Shown here: piece after piece, positions 54,573-64,000 of the stretch | Position numbering within the stretch: position 1 is the first letter of the stretch | Layout of the letters: each line of letters begins with the position of its first letter | Source of the DNA: an uncultured Prevotella sp. | Lineage (GTDB): Bacteria; Bacteroidota; Bacteroidia; Bacteroidales; Bacteroidaceae | Assembly: GCA_964523825.1 (NCBI GenBank) | Contig: CAZGAT010000010.1 | Span: 14,131 to 78,130 of the forward strand | DNA length: 64,000 nucleotides | Reading direction: 5' to 3' | Made by a program: the position numbers and the translations under genes | The notes under the pieces: model-generated | What the model was told of the DNA's origin: nothing | The model's database searches: none | What the model saw: only the letters and a program-made list of their open reading frames with translations

Positions 54573-54759
54573 TCCAACAACTGTTTGTTTCCTTTGTGTC
54601 CTAACGGCTGTTTTCATTGCGTTCTAATGGTTGCCTTTCATGCAGTCTAACGGTTGTTTTTCTTGCATTCTACCGACTGTATTTCTTAGGTTGTAAGAAA
54701 TGTATTCCTTAGACCGTAACGAATACAATCGTTAGACCCTAAGGAATACATTCGTTAGA
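54573..54759. repeat. Array of about 23-bp repeats: 4-5 direct units followed by 3 inverted units, forming a long imperfect palindrome centred near 54690
   Basis: Direct units start at 54573, 54599, 54622, 54646 and 54669 (e.g. TCTAACGGTTGTTTTTCTTGCAT). Inverted units start at 54691, 54714 and 54737 (e.g. CCGTAACGAATACAATCGTTAGA; its reverse complement matches the direct unit at 16/23). Shares the TCTAATGGTT core with the 24.1-kb array. Confidence 0.85.
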
Positions 54760-54949
54760 TTTCAAGACTTGTTGGCGGAAAATTCCGTGCACAGTCCGTC
54801 CTCATTCCGTCTCCAGTCAACTGTATTCCGCGCCTTTTTAATGGATATTTAACAAGAAAGCAGTACTTTTGAAAGTCTTTTCGAGATTTTATGAAAAAAG
54901 TCGGGCTTAGGGGTTTACATTTCCATGGGTTTAAGGGTATTATATATAG

Positions 54950-55435
54950 ATGCAGAAACAGAAAGTTGAGATGTTGTTCCGTCAATATTACAAGCGGATG
55001 TATGCCAAGGCCTTCGGCTTGCTCTACGATGAGCAGGAGAGTAAGGACGTGGTAAGCGACATCTTTGTCTCTTTGCTCGAGAGCAAAATAGAGCTATTGC
55101 CGTCTGCGGAAGGACAATATCTTCTTTCTGCAATGCATAACAGATGCTTAAAACGGCTTCGCGACAAAAGCAACCGTGAGCGTATTGCCAAACTCTACGC
55201 AGATTCTCTGCAAGATGAAGAAGATGAAGAAAGGCGTTTGCAGGAGCTTGTAGACTTTGCCAACAGGGAATTGTCGGAGCAAGAACTCACAATCTTCACG
55301 ATGCGGTTCATAGATGGCAGGGAATACAAGGAGATTTGCGATGTCGTTGGAATTAGCCGTTTTGCTGTTTGGAAACATCTGAAGCACATCATGAATTTAT
55401 TGAAACAATATTATAATAACCCCGACCAATTATGA
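54950..55435 (+). CDS. ECF-type RNA polymerase sigma-70 factor
   Basis: 161 aa. Region 2-like FRQYYKRMYAKAFGLLYDEQESKDVVSDIF and region 4 HTH EYKEICDVVGISRFAVWKHLKHI. Confidence 0.88.
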   Translation: MQKQKVEMLFRQYYKRMYAKAFGLLYDEQESKDVVSDIFVSLLESKIELLPSAEGQYLLSAMHNRCLKRLRDKSNRERIAKLYADSLQDEEDEERRLQELVDFANRELSEQELTIFTMRFIDGREYKEICDVVGISRFAVWKHLKHIMNLLKQYYNNPDQL

Positions 55436-56091
55436 CAGAGGAGGAAAAGTACAATCGCTTTCTTGACGCGCAGGAACACCCAGAGAATTACTCTGAGGAC
55501 GCGCTGAAAGAGATATTGCATGACGGAGAAAGTCTTGCCATGCTGAAACGTGCCTTGATGGAAGAAAGGGCTAATAAGGCTGATATAGACGTTGATGATG
55601 AATGGGCAGACTTCTGCACTAATCATCTTGAAGTTCACAACGCTCGTAGATTGATGCGCATAGCTGCAATATTCATTGGCGTGATATTTGTCGTCGGCGT
55701 TGCCTTTGCAGCCATGACACGTTTGGGCATAATCCGCAATCCTTTTACACGTAGTGAAATAGTTGCTGTTAAGGATTCTGTCAAGGCTCCAGCTGAAGAG
55801 CCTCAATCAAAGCAAGCACCAGCGCGAAATGACGCGTCAGACACCGTTGCCCCTGCCAATAAGGTAGAACCAATTACCAAGGTATTTGACAACACTACCC
55901 TCGCAACCATTCTTGACGATATAGGCAAGTATTACGGAGTGAAAGTTTTCTTTGCTGATTCAGAGAAAAAGAGTACAAGGCTCTATTTTGAATGGAACCA
56001 GGCAAACAGTCTTGACGAGGTCATCGACGTGTTGAACAGTTTTAACCAGATAACAATTACCCGACAAGACGACACCATAACCGTTGAATAG
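55432..56091 (+). CDS. Anti-sigma factor (single TM, FecR-type C-terminal DUF4974-like domain)
   Basis: 219 aa. Overlaps the sigma gene stop. TM segment IAAIFIGVIFVVGVAFAAM. C-terminal VFDNTTLATILDDIGKYYGVKVFF... Confidence 0.75.
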   Translation: MTEEEKYNRFLDAQEHPENYSEDALKEILHDGESLAMLKRALMEERANKADIDVDDEWADFCTNHLEVHNARRLMRIAAIFIGVIFVVGVAFAAMTRLGIIRNPFTRSEIVAVKDSVKAPAEEPQSKQAPARNDASDTVAPANKVEPITKVFDNTTLATILDDIGKYYGVKVFFADSEKKSTRLYFEWNQANSLDEVIDVLNSFNQITITRQDDTITVE

Positions 56092-56093
56092 CC

Positions 56094-58637
56094 ATGAAAA
56101 TACTGATACTTATAATATTAATTCTCTCGTCAATTGTCTCCAATGCCCAGCGCATCACCCGCTCGTTCAACAACGTGACGATGCCCGTGGCGTTGCGGCA
56201 ACTGAACAATATGACGAAGCGGTACACCATAAACTTCATATACAACGACCTTGAGGATTTCCGTGTCACGACAAGCATAAAGGGTAAGACTGTTCCAGAG
56301 GCAATACGGCAAATCATCGGCTTCTATCCGATAGAGGCAACTATTGTCAGCGATAGCATTATCAATGTGGAATGTTACCAAAAGACAAAATTACGTTATA
56401 AGGGGCGTGTCGTTGACGTAAAAGGACAGCCAATAGAGTTTGCCAACATTGCGTTGCTGTCACCAAAAGACTCTTCACTTCTTGCAGGTGGTGTGAGCAA
56501 CGCAAGTGGATACTTCGCCATTCCTTGTGAAACCAACAAGGTTATTGTCAGGGTAAGTTTTGTGGGTTATAAAAGTATGGAGCGAATCTACACTACTCCA
56601 AACTTACGAACAATACGACTTATTACCGACCATATTACTCTCAAAGGCGTGACAGTCAAAGCGGAACGTCCGCAATATAAGATGGTTAAAGGCGGTATGA
56701 CAATTGATGTGGAGCATTCCATACTTAGCAAGATGGGTACGGCCGTTGACGTACTTTCACAATTGCCACGAGTCTCAGTGCGAGGCACGAATGTAGAGGT
56801 CTTTGCCAAGGGCGCACCTATTATCTATATCAATAACAAGAAAGTCGTAAACAATACTGAACTGTCCGAACTAAAGTCTGAAGATATTAAGAATGTAGAT
56901 GTCATCACCTCGCCCGGATCGCAATACGATGCTACCGTACAAAGCGTTATCCGCATCCGCACACGCCGTCCAGTCGGTGAAGGCTTCAGTGCGACGAACA
57001 TTGCCAATACTGCCTATAATACGATGTGGGAAGGGCAGGAATATCTGCAACTGAAATACCGCAGGCATGGGCTGGAAGTCTCAAACCGGTTTTATTGGAT
57101 ACATAATGTCGATGACGAGCATATTTATGAGCTTGACTACAGTATGATTAATAAAGGTCACAAGACGGATATCCTTCAAAACAATAACGTCACGGGGGCA
57201 ACGAACGCAATGAGTGAACGGTTAGACTTGAGCTATGACATCAATGACAGCAATTCCATAGGAGCAAGCTACCGTTATTATGCCTCTTTATCTGGAAACA
57301 TGGACTTTGATGGGTATCAGACTATCATACGTGACAATGTCGGACTTGGTGACATACATCAGCTTCAAAACCAAGAGCGCAGGGTTGTACCACGACATGA
57401 AGTCAACGCTTACTATGTAGGTAGTTTCCGAAAATGGCAAATAGACTTCAACGGCTCATACATCTTTACGAAACTAAATGAGCATGGCTATGCTACTGAA
57501 AACAGCATCTCGTTTGCAAACCGCACTATCACTACCCAAGGACAGCAAGGCAGCCGAATGTTGGCAGGAAAGCTTGTGCTTGCCCATAACATAGGGTTAG
57601 GTACAATTTCGTTTGGTTCAGAATACACCCATACCACTGTCAATGGCTTTTATAGTAATGTGGAGGGCTATGTCAACAATTCTAATACAAGGCAAACAGA
57701 AAGCAACATTGCGGCATTCGCCGAATACGGGTTGCCGATTGGCAATTATCGTATAGATGCGGGATTGCGCTATGAGCATGTAAAGAGCGACTACTATTCC
57801 TTTGGCAAACGTGAAGATGAACCGAGCCGTACTTACGACCATTTCTTCCCCAACTTCTCCTTGTCATGGAACAAGCACCCATGGTCCATGCAACTTAGTT
57901 ACAGTCTTAAAACTTCACGTCCAAGCTACCGTAATTTGCGAAACTACTTGCAATACGACAGCCGTTATCTTTTCGAAGGTGGCAATCCGTACCTGCGACC
58001 TTCATATACGCACAATGTCGAGCTGTCAATGATCAGAGGATGGCTGAGTGCTTCTGTTGGTTATAAATATACTAAAGACGTTATGGCATGGACGTTCAGC
58101 ATTATGGAAGACCAAGATGCAATAATACTCCAGAACAGGAATTTTTCCCATAGTCAAAGCGCATATGCCTCTGTCTCTGCGTCTCCAAAATTTGGCTGGT
58201 ACCAACCTTTGGCAGAGATTGGTTACGGGCAGCAGTGGCAGAATAGTCTGAAGTTGCCAGTCAATCTCAGCAAGCCCGTCTTTAACTTCAGGCTCAACAA
58301 CCGTTTTGAATTTTCAAAGAGTTTTATGACATACGTAAACTTTAGGGCATACACGCATTTTTACGAGATTACATACTCACAGAAAGGTTACGCGACACTT
58401 TCATTTGGAATGCGCAAGTCTTTTATCAGAGACAAGCTCGTATTCAATCTCTCTGCATATGACATTCTGAAAACTCAAAAAGAGATATGGACGGCATATG
58501 GCATTGGTGTCAGGCATTCAAAGAATGCTTACAACTCCACCCGCTACATTTCATTGACCGTTACATACAACTTCAATGCCACCCGCAGCAACTATAAGGG
58601 CACTGGCGCAGGAAATGTGGAAAAAGGCAGACTATAA
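56094..58637 (+). CDS. Outer-membrane beta-barrel receptor with an N-terminal STN (secretin/TonB short N-terminal) signalling domain and a carboxypeptidase-regulatory-like domain
   Basis: 847 aa. STN-like VTMPVALRQLNNMTKRYTINFIYNDLEDFRV..GKTVPEAIRQI. YKGRVVDVKGQPIEFANIALL..GYFAIP. Plug-like ..VDVITSPGSQYDATVQSVIRIRT.. Confidence 0.85.
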   Translation: MKILILIILILSSIVSNAQRITRSFNNVTMPVALRQLNNMTKRYTINFIYNDLEDFRVTTSIKGKTVPEAIRQIIGFYPIEATIVSDSIINVECYQKTKLRYKGRVVDVKGQPIEFANIALLSPKDSSLLAGGVSNASGYFAIPCETNKVIVRVSFVGYKSMERIYTTPNLRTIRLITDHITLKGVTVKAERPQYKMVKGGMTIDVEHSILSKMGTAVDVLSQLPRVSVRGTNVEVFAKGAPIIYINNKKVVNNTELSELKSEDIKNVDVITSPGSQYDATVQSVIRIRTRRPVGEGFSATNIANTAYNTMWEGQEYLQLKYRRHGLEVSNRFYWIHNVDDEHIYELDYSMINKGHKTDILQNNNVTGATNAMSERLDLSYDINDSNSIGASYRYYASLSGNMDFDGYQTIIRDNVGLGDIHQLQNQERRVVPRHEVNAYYVGSFRKWQIDFNGSYIFTKLNEHGYATENSISFANRTITTQGQQGSRMLAGKLVLAHNIGLGTISFGSEYTHTTVNGFYSNVEGYVNNSNTRQTESNIAAFAEYGLPIGNYRIDAGLRYEHVKSDYYSFGKREDEPSRTYDHFFPNFSLSWNKHPWSMQLSYSLKTSRPSYRNLRNYLQYDSRYLFEGGNPYLRPSYTHNVELSMIRGWLSASVGYKYTKDVMAWTFSIMEDQDAIILQNRNFSHSQSAYASVSASPKFGWYQPLAEIGYGQQWQNSLKLPVNLSKPVFNFRLNNRFEFSKSFMTYVNFRAYTHFYEITYSQKGYATLSFGMRKSFIRDKLVFNLSAYDILKTQKEIWTAYGIGVRHSKNAYNSTRYISLTVTYNFNATRSNYKGTGAGNVEKGRL

Positions 58638-58647
58638 TACCCGTATT

Positions 58648-58685
58648 GGCAGCCATACAACGTGACGGCAAGTTGTATGGCTGCC
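58648..58685 (+). terminator. Strong hairpin just after the OM receptor gene (no T-run)
   Basis: GGCAGCCATACAAC (58648-58661) pairs with GTTGTATGGCTGCC (58672-58685). Confidence 0.55.
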
Positions 58686-59022
58686 ATCATCATCACGAGA
58701 AGGCAAGTAATCAGAATCAAAATATCTTCAAGTTTCTTCATCTTGTCTTTATCTTGTTTTCGTTTGCAAACGATAAGGCGTTTTATCCAAACTCTTGCCA
58801 TCTTCGTTTGTTATTCGTAAAGTCTTGTGTTGCCCGACGCATACTAATGTGTTGTTTAACGCCGTACGACATGACTGCGCCATATCCCCTACGGCATGAA
58901 CTTTTTTATATTGTTGTCTTAAAGAAAAAGCGTGCTTGAAGTTTTGTGGGTATGGATAATTTATGCTATATTTGCGGCGTATATAAAGGAAGGGCTTTCC
59001 CAGACAATGGTATTATTGGCTT

Positions 59023-60750
59023 TTACTCGTGTATGTCTGCGACGGCGCGCCCGCTTGGTTCGTTCTGTCCTTTCCACGCCTTGTCCCATGCTAGTGCTTC
59101 GGCTGTTGAGCACGCGACACTCGGTACAGACGGAACTGAACGTGCCGCGCTGTCGCTGGGGAAGTGCTCGGCAAAGATAGAGCGGTAGTAGTATTCTTCC
59201 TTGTTGCGTGGAGGATTGATAGGGAACCGTTCGGCTGCGTGAGCCATTTGCTCGTCACTTACCGATGATGCCGTTATCTCTTTCAGCGTGTCTATCCAAC
59301 TGTAGCCAACTCCGTCGGAGAACTGCTCCTTTTGCCGCCATACGACTTCTGCCGGTAGCATGTCTGAGAAAGCCTCGCGTACGACCTTCTTCTCTATCGT
59401 CTGTCCCGGGCACATTTTGTACTTTGGGTTGAGGCTCATAGCCACATCAAGGAATTCCTTGTCGAGGAACGGTACCCGTCCTTCAACACCCCATGCGGCA
59501 AGGCTTTTGTTGGCGCGCAGGCAGTCGTACTGGTACAGTTTGGAGAGCTTGCGCACGGTCTCACGGTGGAATTCATCTGCCGACGGTGCCTTGTGGAAAT
59601 AAAGGTATCCGCCGAATATCTCGTCGGCTCCCTCGCCAGAAAGAACCATCTTTATTCCCATTGACTTTATCACTCGTGCCAGCAAGTACATCGGCGTTGA
59701 TGCCCGCACGGTCGTAACGTCGTAGGTCTCGATGAAGTATATCACATCTCGTATCGCGTCTATGCCTTCTTGTATCGTGTAGTTTATTTCATGATGTACG
59801 GTTCCTATACTGTCGGCAACGAGTTTTGCCTTTGCCAGATCGGGCGCACCTTTCAGCCCTACCGCGAATGAATGTAGTCTCGGCCACCATGCCGACGAGC
59901 CGTCTTCGACCCTCTGCTTTGAGTACTTTTGCGCTATTGCAGATATTACCGACGAGTCCAATCCACCAGAAAGCAATACGCCATAGGGCACGTCGCTCAT
60001 GAGTTGTCGGCGTACTGCTTTCATCAATGACGTGCGTATCTTTTCAGCTGCCGCAGACATTGCCGTCTCTTCGGTTGCCGATACGCCTTCGGGCATTGTA
60101 TTTGTATCGCCGCATACTGGTCCGTTCATCCACTTGCGCTTGTACCAACGTTGTTGTCCTGGCGTGCGGCTCCAGTAGAAGGAGCCTGGAAGGAATGGCT
60201 CGTAACGGTCGCATTGCCCTTCGAGTGCTTTCAGTTCAGATGCCGCATACACCTTCCCGTCGTTATCGTAACCTATATAAAGGGGTATTACCCCTATCGG
60301 GTCACGGGCTATGAGGAAGGAGTCGGTGTCAACGTCGTAAAGGCAAAATGCGAATATACCCGAAAGGCGTTCGAGCATTGCCGTGATGTCGGCAGTGGAA
60401 GGCTTGCCGCCTGTGCGTTGCATCGTTTGCTGGTACAGGGCAAGGATAACCTCGCAGTCGGAACCTGTCTGAAATTGGTAGTTGGCGAACTCACACCGTA
60501 TGTCCTGATGATTGTATATTTCACCGTTGACAGCGAGTACTTGTTTCTTGTCGGGCGAGAATAGCGGTTGCCGCCCGCTCTCTGGGTCAACGATGCTGAG
60601 CCGCTCATGGGCGAGTATGGCAGAGCCGCCTACGTATATTCCACTCCAGTCAGGACCGCGATGACGTATCTTTTGGCTCATGCGCAATGCTTTCTGCCGC
60701 AGTTCGGGTGTCGGTTGCTGTATGTTTAGTATTGAGACTATTCCACACAT
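59023..60750 (-). CDS. asnB: Asparagine synthase (glutamine-hydrolysing)
   Basis: 575 aa. N-terminal MCGIVSIL (Ntn Cys2), SGGLDSS PP-loop. Confidence 0.95.
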   Translation of the reverse strand: MCGIVSILNIQQPTPELRQKALRMSQKIRHRGPDWSGIYVGGSAILAHERLSIVDPESGRQPLFSPDKKQVLAVNGEIYNHQDIRCEFANYQFQTGSDCEVILALYQQTMQRTGGKPSTADITAMLERLSGIFAFCLYDVDTDSFLIARDPIGVIPLYIGYDNDGKVYAASELKALEGQCDRYEPFLPGSFYWSRTPGQQRWYKRKWMNGPVCGDTNTMPEGVSATEETAMSAAAEKIRTSLMKAVRRQLMSDVPYGVLLSGGLDSSVISAIAQKYSKQRVEDGSSAWWPRLHSFAVGLKGAPDLAKAKLVADSIGTVHHEINYTIQEGIDAIRDVIYFIETYDVTTVRASTPMYLLARVIKSMGIKMVLSGEGADEIFGGYLYFHKAPSADEFHRETVRKLSKLYQYDCLRANKSLAAWGVEGRVPFLDKEFLDVAMSLNPKYKMCPGQTIEKKVVREAFSDMLPAEVVWRQKEQFSDGVGYSWIDTLKEITASSVSDEQMAHAAERFPINPPRNKEEYYYRSIFAEHFPSDSAARSVPSVPSVACSTAEALAWDKAWKGQNEPSGRAVADIHE

Positions 60751-60786
60751 ATGATTTCAGTTGTTAGTTGGTATTTGGGTGAATTG

Positions 60787-60830
60787 AAAAGGGCATGTCC
60801 GCCGCCACGACTGGCTAAGCAGGCATGCCC
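60787..60830 (-). terminator. Possible terminator downstream of gltD
   Basis: On the minus strand, GGGCATG...CATGCCC followed by TTTT. The loop is long, so confidence is moderate. Confidence 0.45.
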
Positions 60831-60884
60831 GAAACGTAATGATAGGAAATTGACTACGTTCTTTATCTGTTGTTCGTTGGTTGG

Positions 60885-62300
60885 TTATGCCTTTGCCTTG
60901 ATGTAAGCGTCCACTTTGGTGGCGGTGTCGCGTCCGCTTGCCATAGCACGTACTACGAGACTTGCACCGCTTGCAGCGTCACCTGCTACGAATACGTTTG
61001 CAGGGAACTCTGGTTGTTGTGGGCGTAGGAATCCCATTGCCAGCAGCACTATCTGTGCCTTGATTACTTCTGGCGCGCCTGCTTCTACCATTATTGGACG
61101 ACCTCCGTCGGGATTGGGCTTCCAGTCGATTGGCTGTACGCGTACGCCAGTCAGCTTGCCGTTTTTGCCGAGGAACTCCAGAGAGTTGATGTTCCAACGG
61201 CGTATGCAGCCTTCCTCATGGCTCGAAGTAGTTTTTAGTGTCCGAGGCCAGTTTGGCCATGGATTCTTTGGATCTTCCGGTCCTACTGGTGGCTTTGGCA
61301 TTATCTCTATTTGCGTTACGCTCTTTGATCCCTGGCGGTGTGCCGTACCGATGCAGTCGGAGCCTGTATCGCCACCTCCGATAACGAGGACGTCCTTGCC
61401 TTTGGCAGATATCAGTTGGTCTTTCGCAATATCCTCACCTGCCAATATGCGGTTCTGTTGTGACAGCATCTCAAGTGCGAAGTAGACTCCTTCAAGCTTG
61501 CGTCCTGGAATCTTCAGATCGCGTGCTTCGGGCGTGCCTGTACATACGACTACGGCATCATACTTCTTTGAAAGCTCGGCGAACGTTACGGTCTTGTCAT
61601 TGCCGAGTGTAGGGTCATTTTGTATTGGATTGACTGTATCCTTTGATGTAACGACGTGTGTCGAATATTGGAACGTTATGCCCTCGGCGATGAGCAGGTT
61701 TATCCTACGGTCGATGACTTCCTTGTTGAGCTTGAAGTTCGGAATGCCATAGCGGAGCAGACCGCCGGCATTCTCACGTGCGTCATAGACAGTAACCTCG
61801 TAGCCCATGCGGTTCAATCTGTTGGCTGCTACAAGTCCTGACGGACCCGCGCCGACGACTGCTACCTTGTGTCCATTACGCTCTGGTATCTCGACCTTGA
61901 TGAAGTTCTCCTCCCAAGCGTGTTCGCATATTGCCGCCTCGTCCTCACGGTTGGTTGTCGGCTCGTGCTCCATTAGGTTGAGCACGCAAGCTTTCTCGCA
62001 CAGTGCCGGACAGATGCGCCCAGTGAATTCCGGGAAGTCATTAGTCGCGTTAAGTAGTTCGTAGGCGAGTTGCCAGTCTCCCTTGTAGAGTGCGTCGTTC
62101 CACTCTGGTGGCTTGTTGCCAAGCGGACAAGCCCAGTGGCAAAACGGCACGCCGCAATCCATACAGCGGCTTGCCTGTAATTGCCGGTCGTTCTGGTTCA
62201 GCGTTTGTTCTACTTCGCCGAAGTCATGTATGCGGTCGTGTATAGGTCTGTAACCAGCCTCTTTTCGTTCTATAGTAAGGAATGCTTTTGGATTACCCAT
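60885..62300 (-). CDS. gltD: Glutamate synthase (NADPH) small subunit
   Basis: 471 aa. Fe-S Cys clusters CMDCGVPFC..CP and ..CPALCEKAC.., dinucleotide-binding VAVVGAGPSGL. Confidence 0.93.
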   Translation of the reverse strand: MGNPKAFLTIERKEAGYRPIHDRIHDFGEVEQTLNQNDRQLQASRCMDCGVPFCHWACPLGNKPPEWNDALYKGDWQLAYELLNATNDFPEFTGRICPALCEKACVLNLMEHEPTTNREDEAAICEHAWEENFIKVEIPERNGHKVAVVGAGPSGLVAANRLNRMGYEVTVYDARENAGGLLRYGIPNFKLNKEVIDRRINLLIAEGITFQYSTHVVTSKDTVNPIQNDPTLGNDKTVTFAELSKKYDAVVVCTGTPEARDLKIPGRKLEGVYFALEMLSQQNRILAGEDIAKDQLISAKGKDVLVIGGGDTGSDCIGTAHRQGSKSVTQIEIMPKPPVGPEDPKNPWPNWPRTLKTTSSHEEGCIRRWNINSLEFLGKNGKLTGVRVQPIDWKPNPDGGRPIMVEAGAPEVIKAQIVLLAMGFLRPQQPEFPANVFVAGDAASGASLVVRAMASGRDTATKVDAYIKAKA

Positions 62301-62459
62301 AATATTAATGTATAATTAAAAATTAGGAATTACGAATTTGTCGCTTCGCGATGATCATTTACTAATTTTCCAATTATTAATCCCAATAATCCGTAATTCA
62401 TAATTTGTAATTTTAAACTAAGTCAATCTTTAATTCTTAACTTTCAATTTTGCATTGAT

Positions 62460-64000
62460 TTAATAATCTCTCTGCATATCGGCAATCTTCTGCTGGAGCT
62501 TGCGTACTTGCTCTTCTTGCAGCACACGCTTGTATTCGATAGGTACTACCTGTATGAAGTCTTCTATGTAGCGGTTCCAGTCGTCAAGCATCGTGCGTGC
62601 GAGTTTTGAACCTGTGTACAGATAGTGTTGGCGTATAAGCTCATGCAGTTCCTTGCGGTAGCTTGCTTCTTCGACGAGATTTATCTCAACCATATCCATG
62701 TTGCAGAAGTAATCGAAGTTGTGGTGCTTGTCCCATACGTAGGCGACACCTCCGGACATGCCTGCTGCGAAGTTGCGTCCTGTCTCGCCAAGTACTACGA
62801 CACGCCCGCCGGTCATGTATTCGCAACAGTGGTCGCCTGCTCCCTCAACTACGGCTATTGCTCCAGAATTACGTACAGCAAAACGCTCACCGACCTTGCC
62901 GTTGACATATAGTTCTCCGCTTGTAGCACCGTATAGTCCGGTATTTCCTGCGATGATATTGTCCTCGGCTGCAAAATTGGAACGTATAGGCGGTAGTATT
63001 GACACGCGACCTCCGGAAAGTCCTTTGGCAAAGTAGTCGTTGGTGTCGCCTTCAAGTTTGAAGTCAACTCCATTGACAAGGAATGCGCCGAAGCTTTGTC
63101 CTGCCGAGCCTTTGAATTTCACATTGATAGATACCTCACGTGGTTCGTCGTATTGCCTGCCTGCCAATTCTGCATCGTACTTTTGCTGGCGTTGCTCTGA
63201 ACGTTTGCGCTCTATATAGCCAGACAGCATGGTGCCGACAGCACGATTAGTGTTGCGAATGGAATAATCTAAATCAACCTCACCGCCAGACTCTATCGCT
63301 GGCGCAGCAGCCTTTATCATCTGCTCGTCAAGCAGACCGTCAAGCTCGTGGTCTTGCGTCTTTGTGCAATAGAACGAAGTATCACCTTCTTCCTTATGCA
63401 GGAGGTTGCCGAAGTCGAGCGAATTCCATTTGTCTATGGTAGACTGGCTCCAACGTTTCGATGCGTCTTCAGGCAAAGTCCTGCGTGTGATATATTCCGT
63501 GTGCCCGATAATGTCGCCAAGCTTGCGCACTCCTATTTGTGCGAGGTATTCACGTACTTCACGTGCGAGGAAGGTAAAGAAGTTGATAACGTAGTGGTAG
63601 TCGCCACGGAAGTGGGCGCGCAGCCGCTTGTCTTGTGTAGCCACACCCATAGGGCAGGTGTTGGCGGAGCATTTGCGCATCATTACGCAGCCGAGCGTTA
63701 TCAGCACAGCTGTTCCGAATCCGAATTCTTCGGCTCCGAGCAGTGCCATGAGCACTACGTCACGTCCCGTCTTCATCTGTCCGTCAACCTGTAACCGTAC
63801 CAGTGAGCGCAGACCGTTCTTGACAAGTGTCTGTTGCGTTTCGGCAATGCCAATCTCTGGCGATATACCCGCGAAACGCATAGATGATGCCGGACTTGCG
63901 CCTGTACCGCCCTCTGCGCCTGATATTACTATCAGGTCTGCCTTGGCCTTTACTACTCCTGCGGCAATGGTTCCCACGCCACTCTCGGCAACGAGCTTTA
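62460..64000 (-). CDS. gltB: Glutamate synthase large subunit, C-terminal part (FMN/GXGXG domains); N-terminus lies right of the window
   Basis: ORF track shows 62460..63977 from an internal Met, and the frame stays open to 64000. ..SGAEGGTGASP.., ..YVNGKVGERFAVRNSGAIAVVEGAGDHCCEYMTGG.. Confidence 0.92.
   Translation of the reverse strand, partial: KLVAESGVGTIAAGVVKAKADLIVISGAEGGTGASPASSMRFAGISPEIGIAETQQTLVKNGLRSLVRLQVDGQMKTGRDVVLMALLGAEEFGFGTAVLITLGCVMMRKCSANTCPMGVATQDKRLRAHFRGDYHYVINFFTFLAREVREYLAQIGVRKLGDIIGHTEYITRRTLPEDASKRWSQSTIDKWNSLDFGNLLHKEEGDTSFYCTKTQDHELDGLLDEQMIKAAAPAIESGGEVDLDYSIRNTNRAVGTMLSGYIERKRSEQRQQKYDAELAGRQYDEPREVSINVKFKGSAGQSFGAFLVNGVDFKLEGDTNDYFAKGLSGGRVSILPPIRSNFAAEDNIIAGNTGLYGATSGELYVNGKVGERFAVRNSGAIAVVEGAGDHCCEYMTGGRVVVLGETGRNFAAGMSGGVAYVWDKHHNFDYFCNMDMVEINLVEEASYRKELHELIRQHYLYTGSKLARTMLDDWNRYIEDFIQVVPIEYKRVLQEEQVRKLQQKIADMQRDY

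Noticed and set aside
58592-58939. ORFs 58592..58801 (-) and 58646..58939 (+)
   Set aside because: Both are built over the 14-bp-stem hairpin that follows the OM receptor gene, and they overlap each other. There is no supporting signal.
62301-62459. AT-rich 159-bp gap between gltB and gltD with short AATT-rich repeats
   Set aside because: It looks like an ordinary intra-operon spacer. I saw no convincing hairpin, promoter box or conserved repeat.

Overview
Bacteroidales-type chromosomal window, judged from SusC/SusD loci, lipoprotein signals, TAnnTTTG -7 promoter boxes and a T9SS-tailed protease. All family calls are by-eye motif recognition; no searches were run.

Layout, left to right:
(1) 1-13.5 kb: minus-strand PUL with two SusC, one SusD and three fasciclin (FAS1) lipoproteins. 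No CAZyme is visible.
(2) 14.3-18.9 kb: GH105-like + GH106-like + rhaD operon.
(3) 18.9-28.2 kb: visibly GC-rich block. It holds a GLPGLI + large OM beta-barrel operon, a membrane-anchored winged-helix regulator, two tiny membrane proteins, an 11-unit 22-23-bp tandem repeat, and a 1153-aa C10 cysteine protease with a T9SS tail.
(4) 28.2-34.4 kb: very AT-rich block. It holds an orphan ParA + DUF3408-like pair, an unknown multi-TM protein, and about 2.6 kb with no ORF of 60 aa or more. It also holds a 1.2-kb unit bounded by 31-bp inverted termini. That unit is filled with 22-bp-phased GCGACAAAT-type site arrays and carries only a glutaredoxin-like gene. This is my top candidate for something undescribed: a non-autonomous Tn7/Mu-style mini-element or an iteron-type replicon relic. 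Its cognate protein is not encoded in the window.
(5) 34.4-47.7 kb: rhamnose/pectin locus. RhaR-like AraC, SusC/SusD, SDR, and GH28-rhaB-rhaA-rhaT, with a duplicated promoter module.
(6) AraC regulator + MFP-RND-TolC efflux operon.
(7) ECF sigma / anti-sigma / STN-domain OM receptor, preceded by a mirrored 23-bp repeat array related to the one in block 3.
(8) asnB, gltD, gltB (partial).

I found no rRNA, tRNA, CRISPR array, integrase, transposase or relaxase. Many long ORFs in the track are antisense shadows of real genes.
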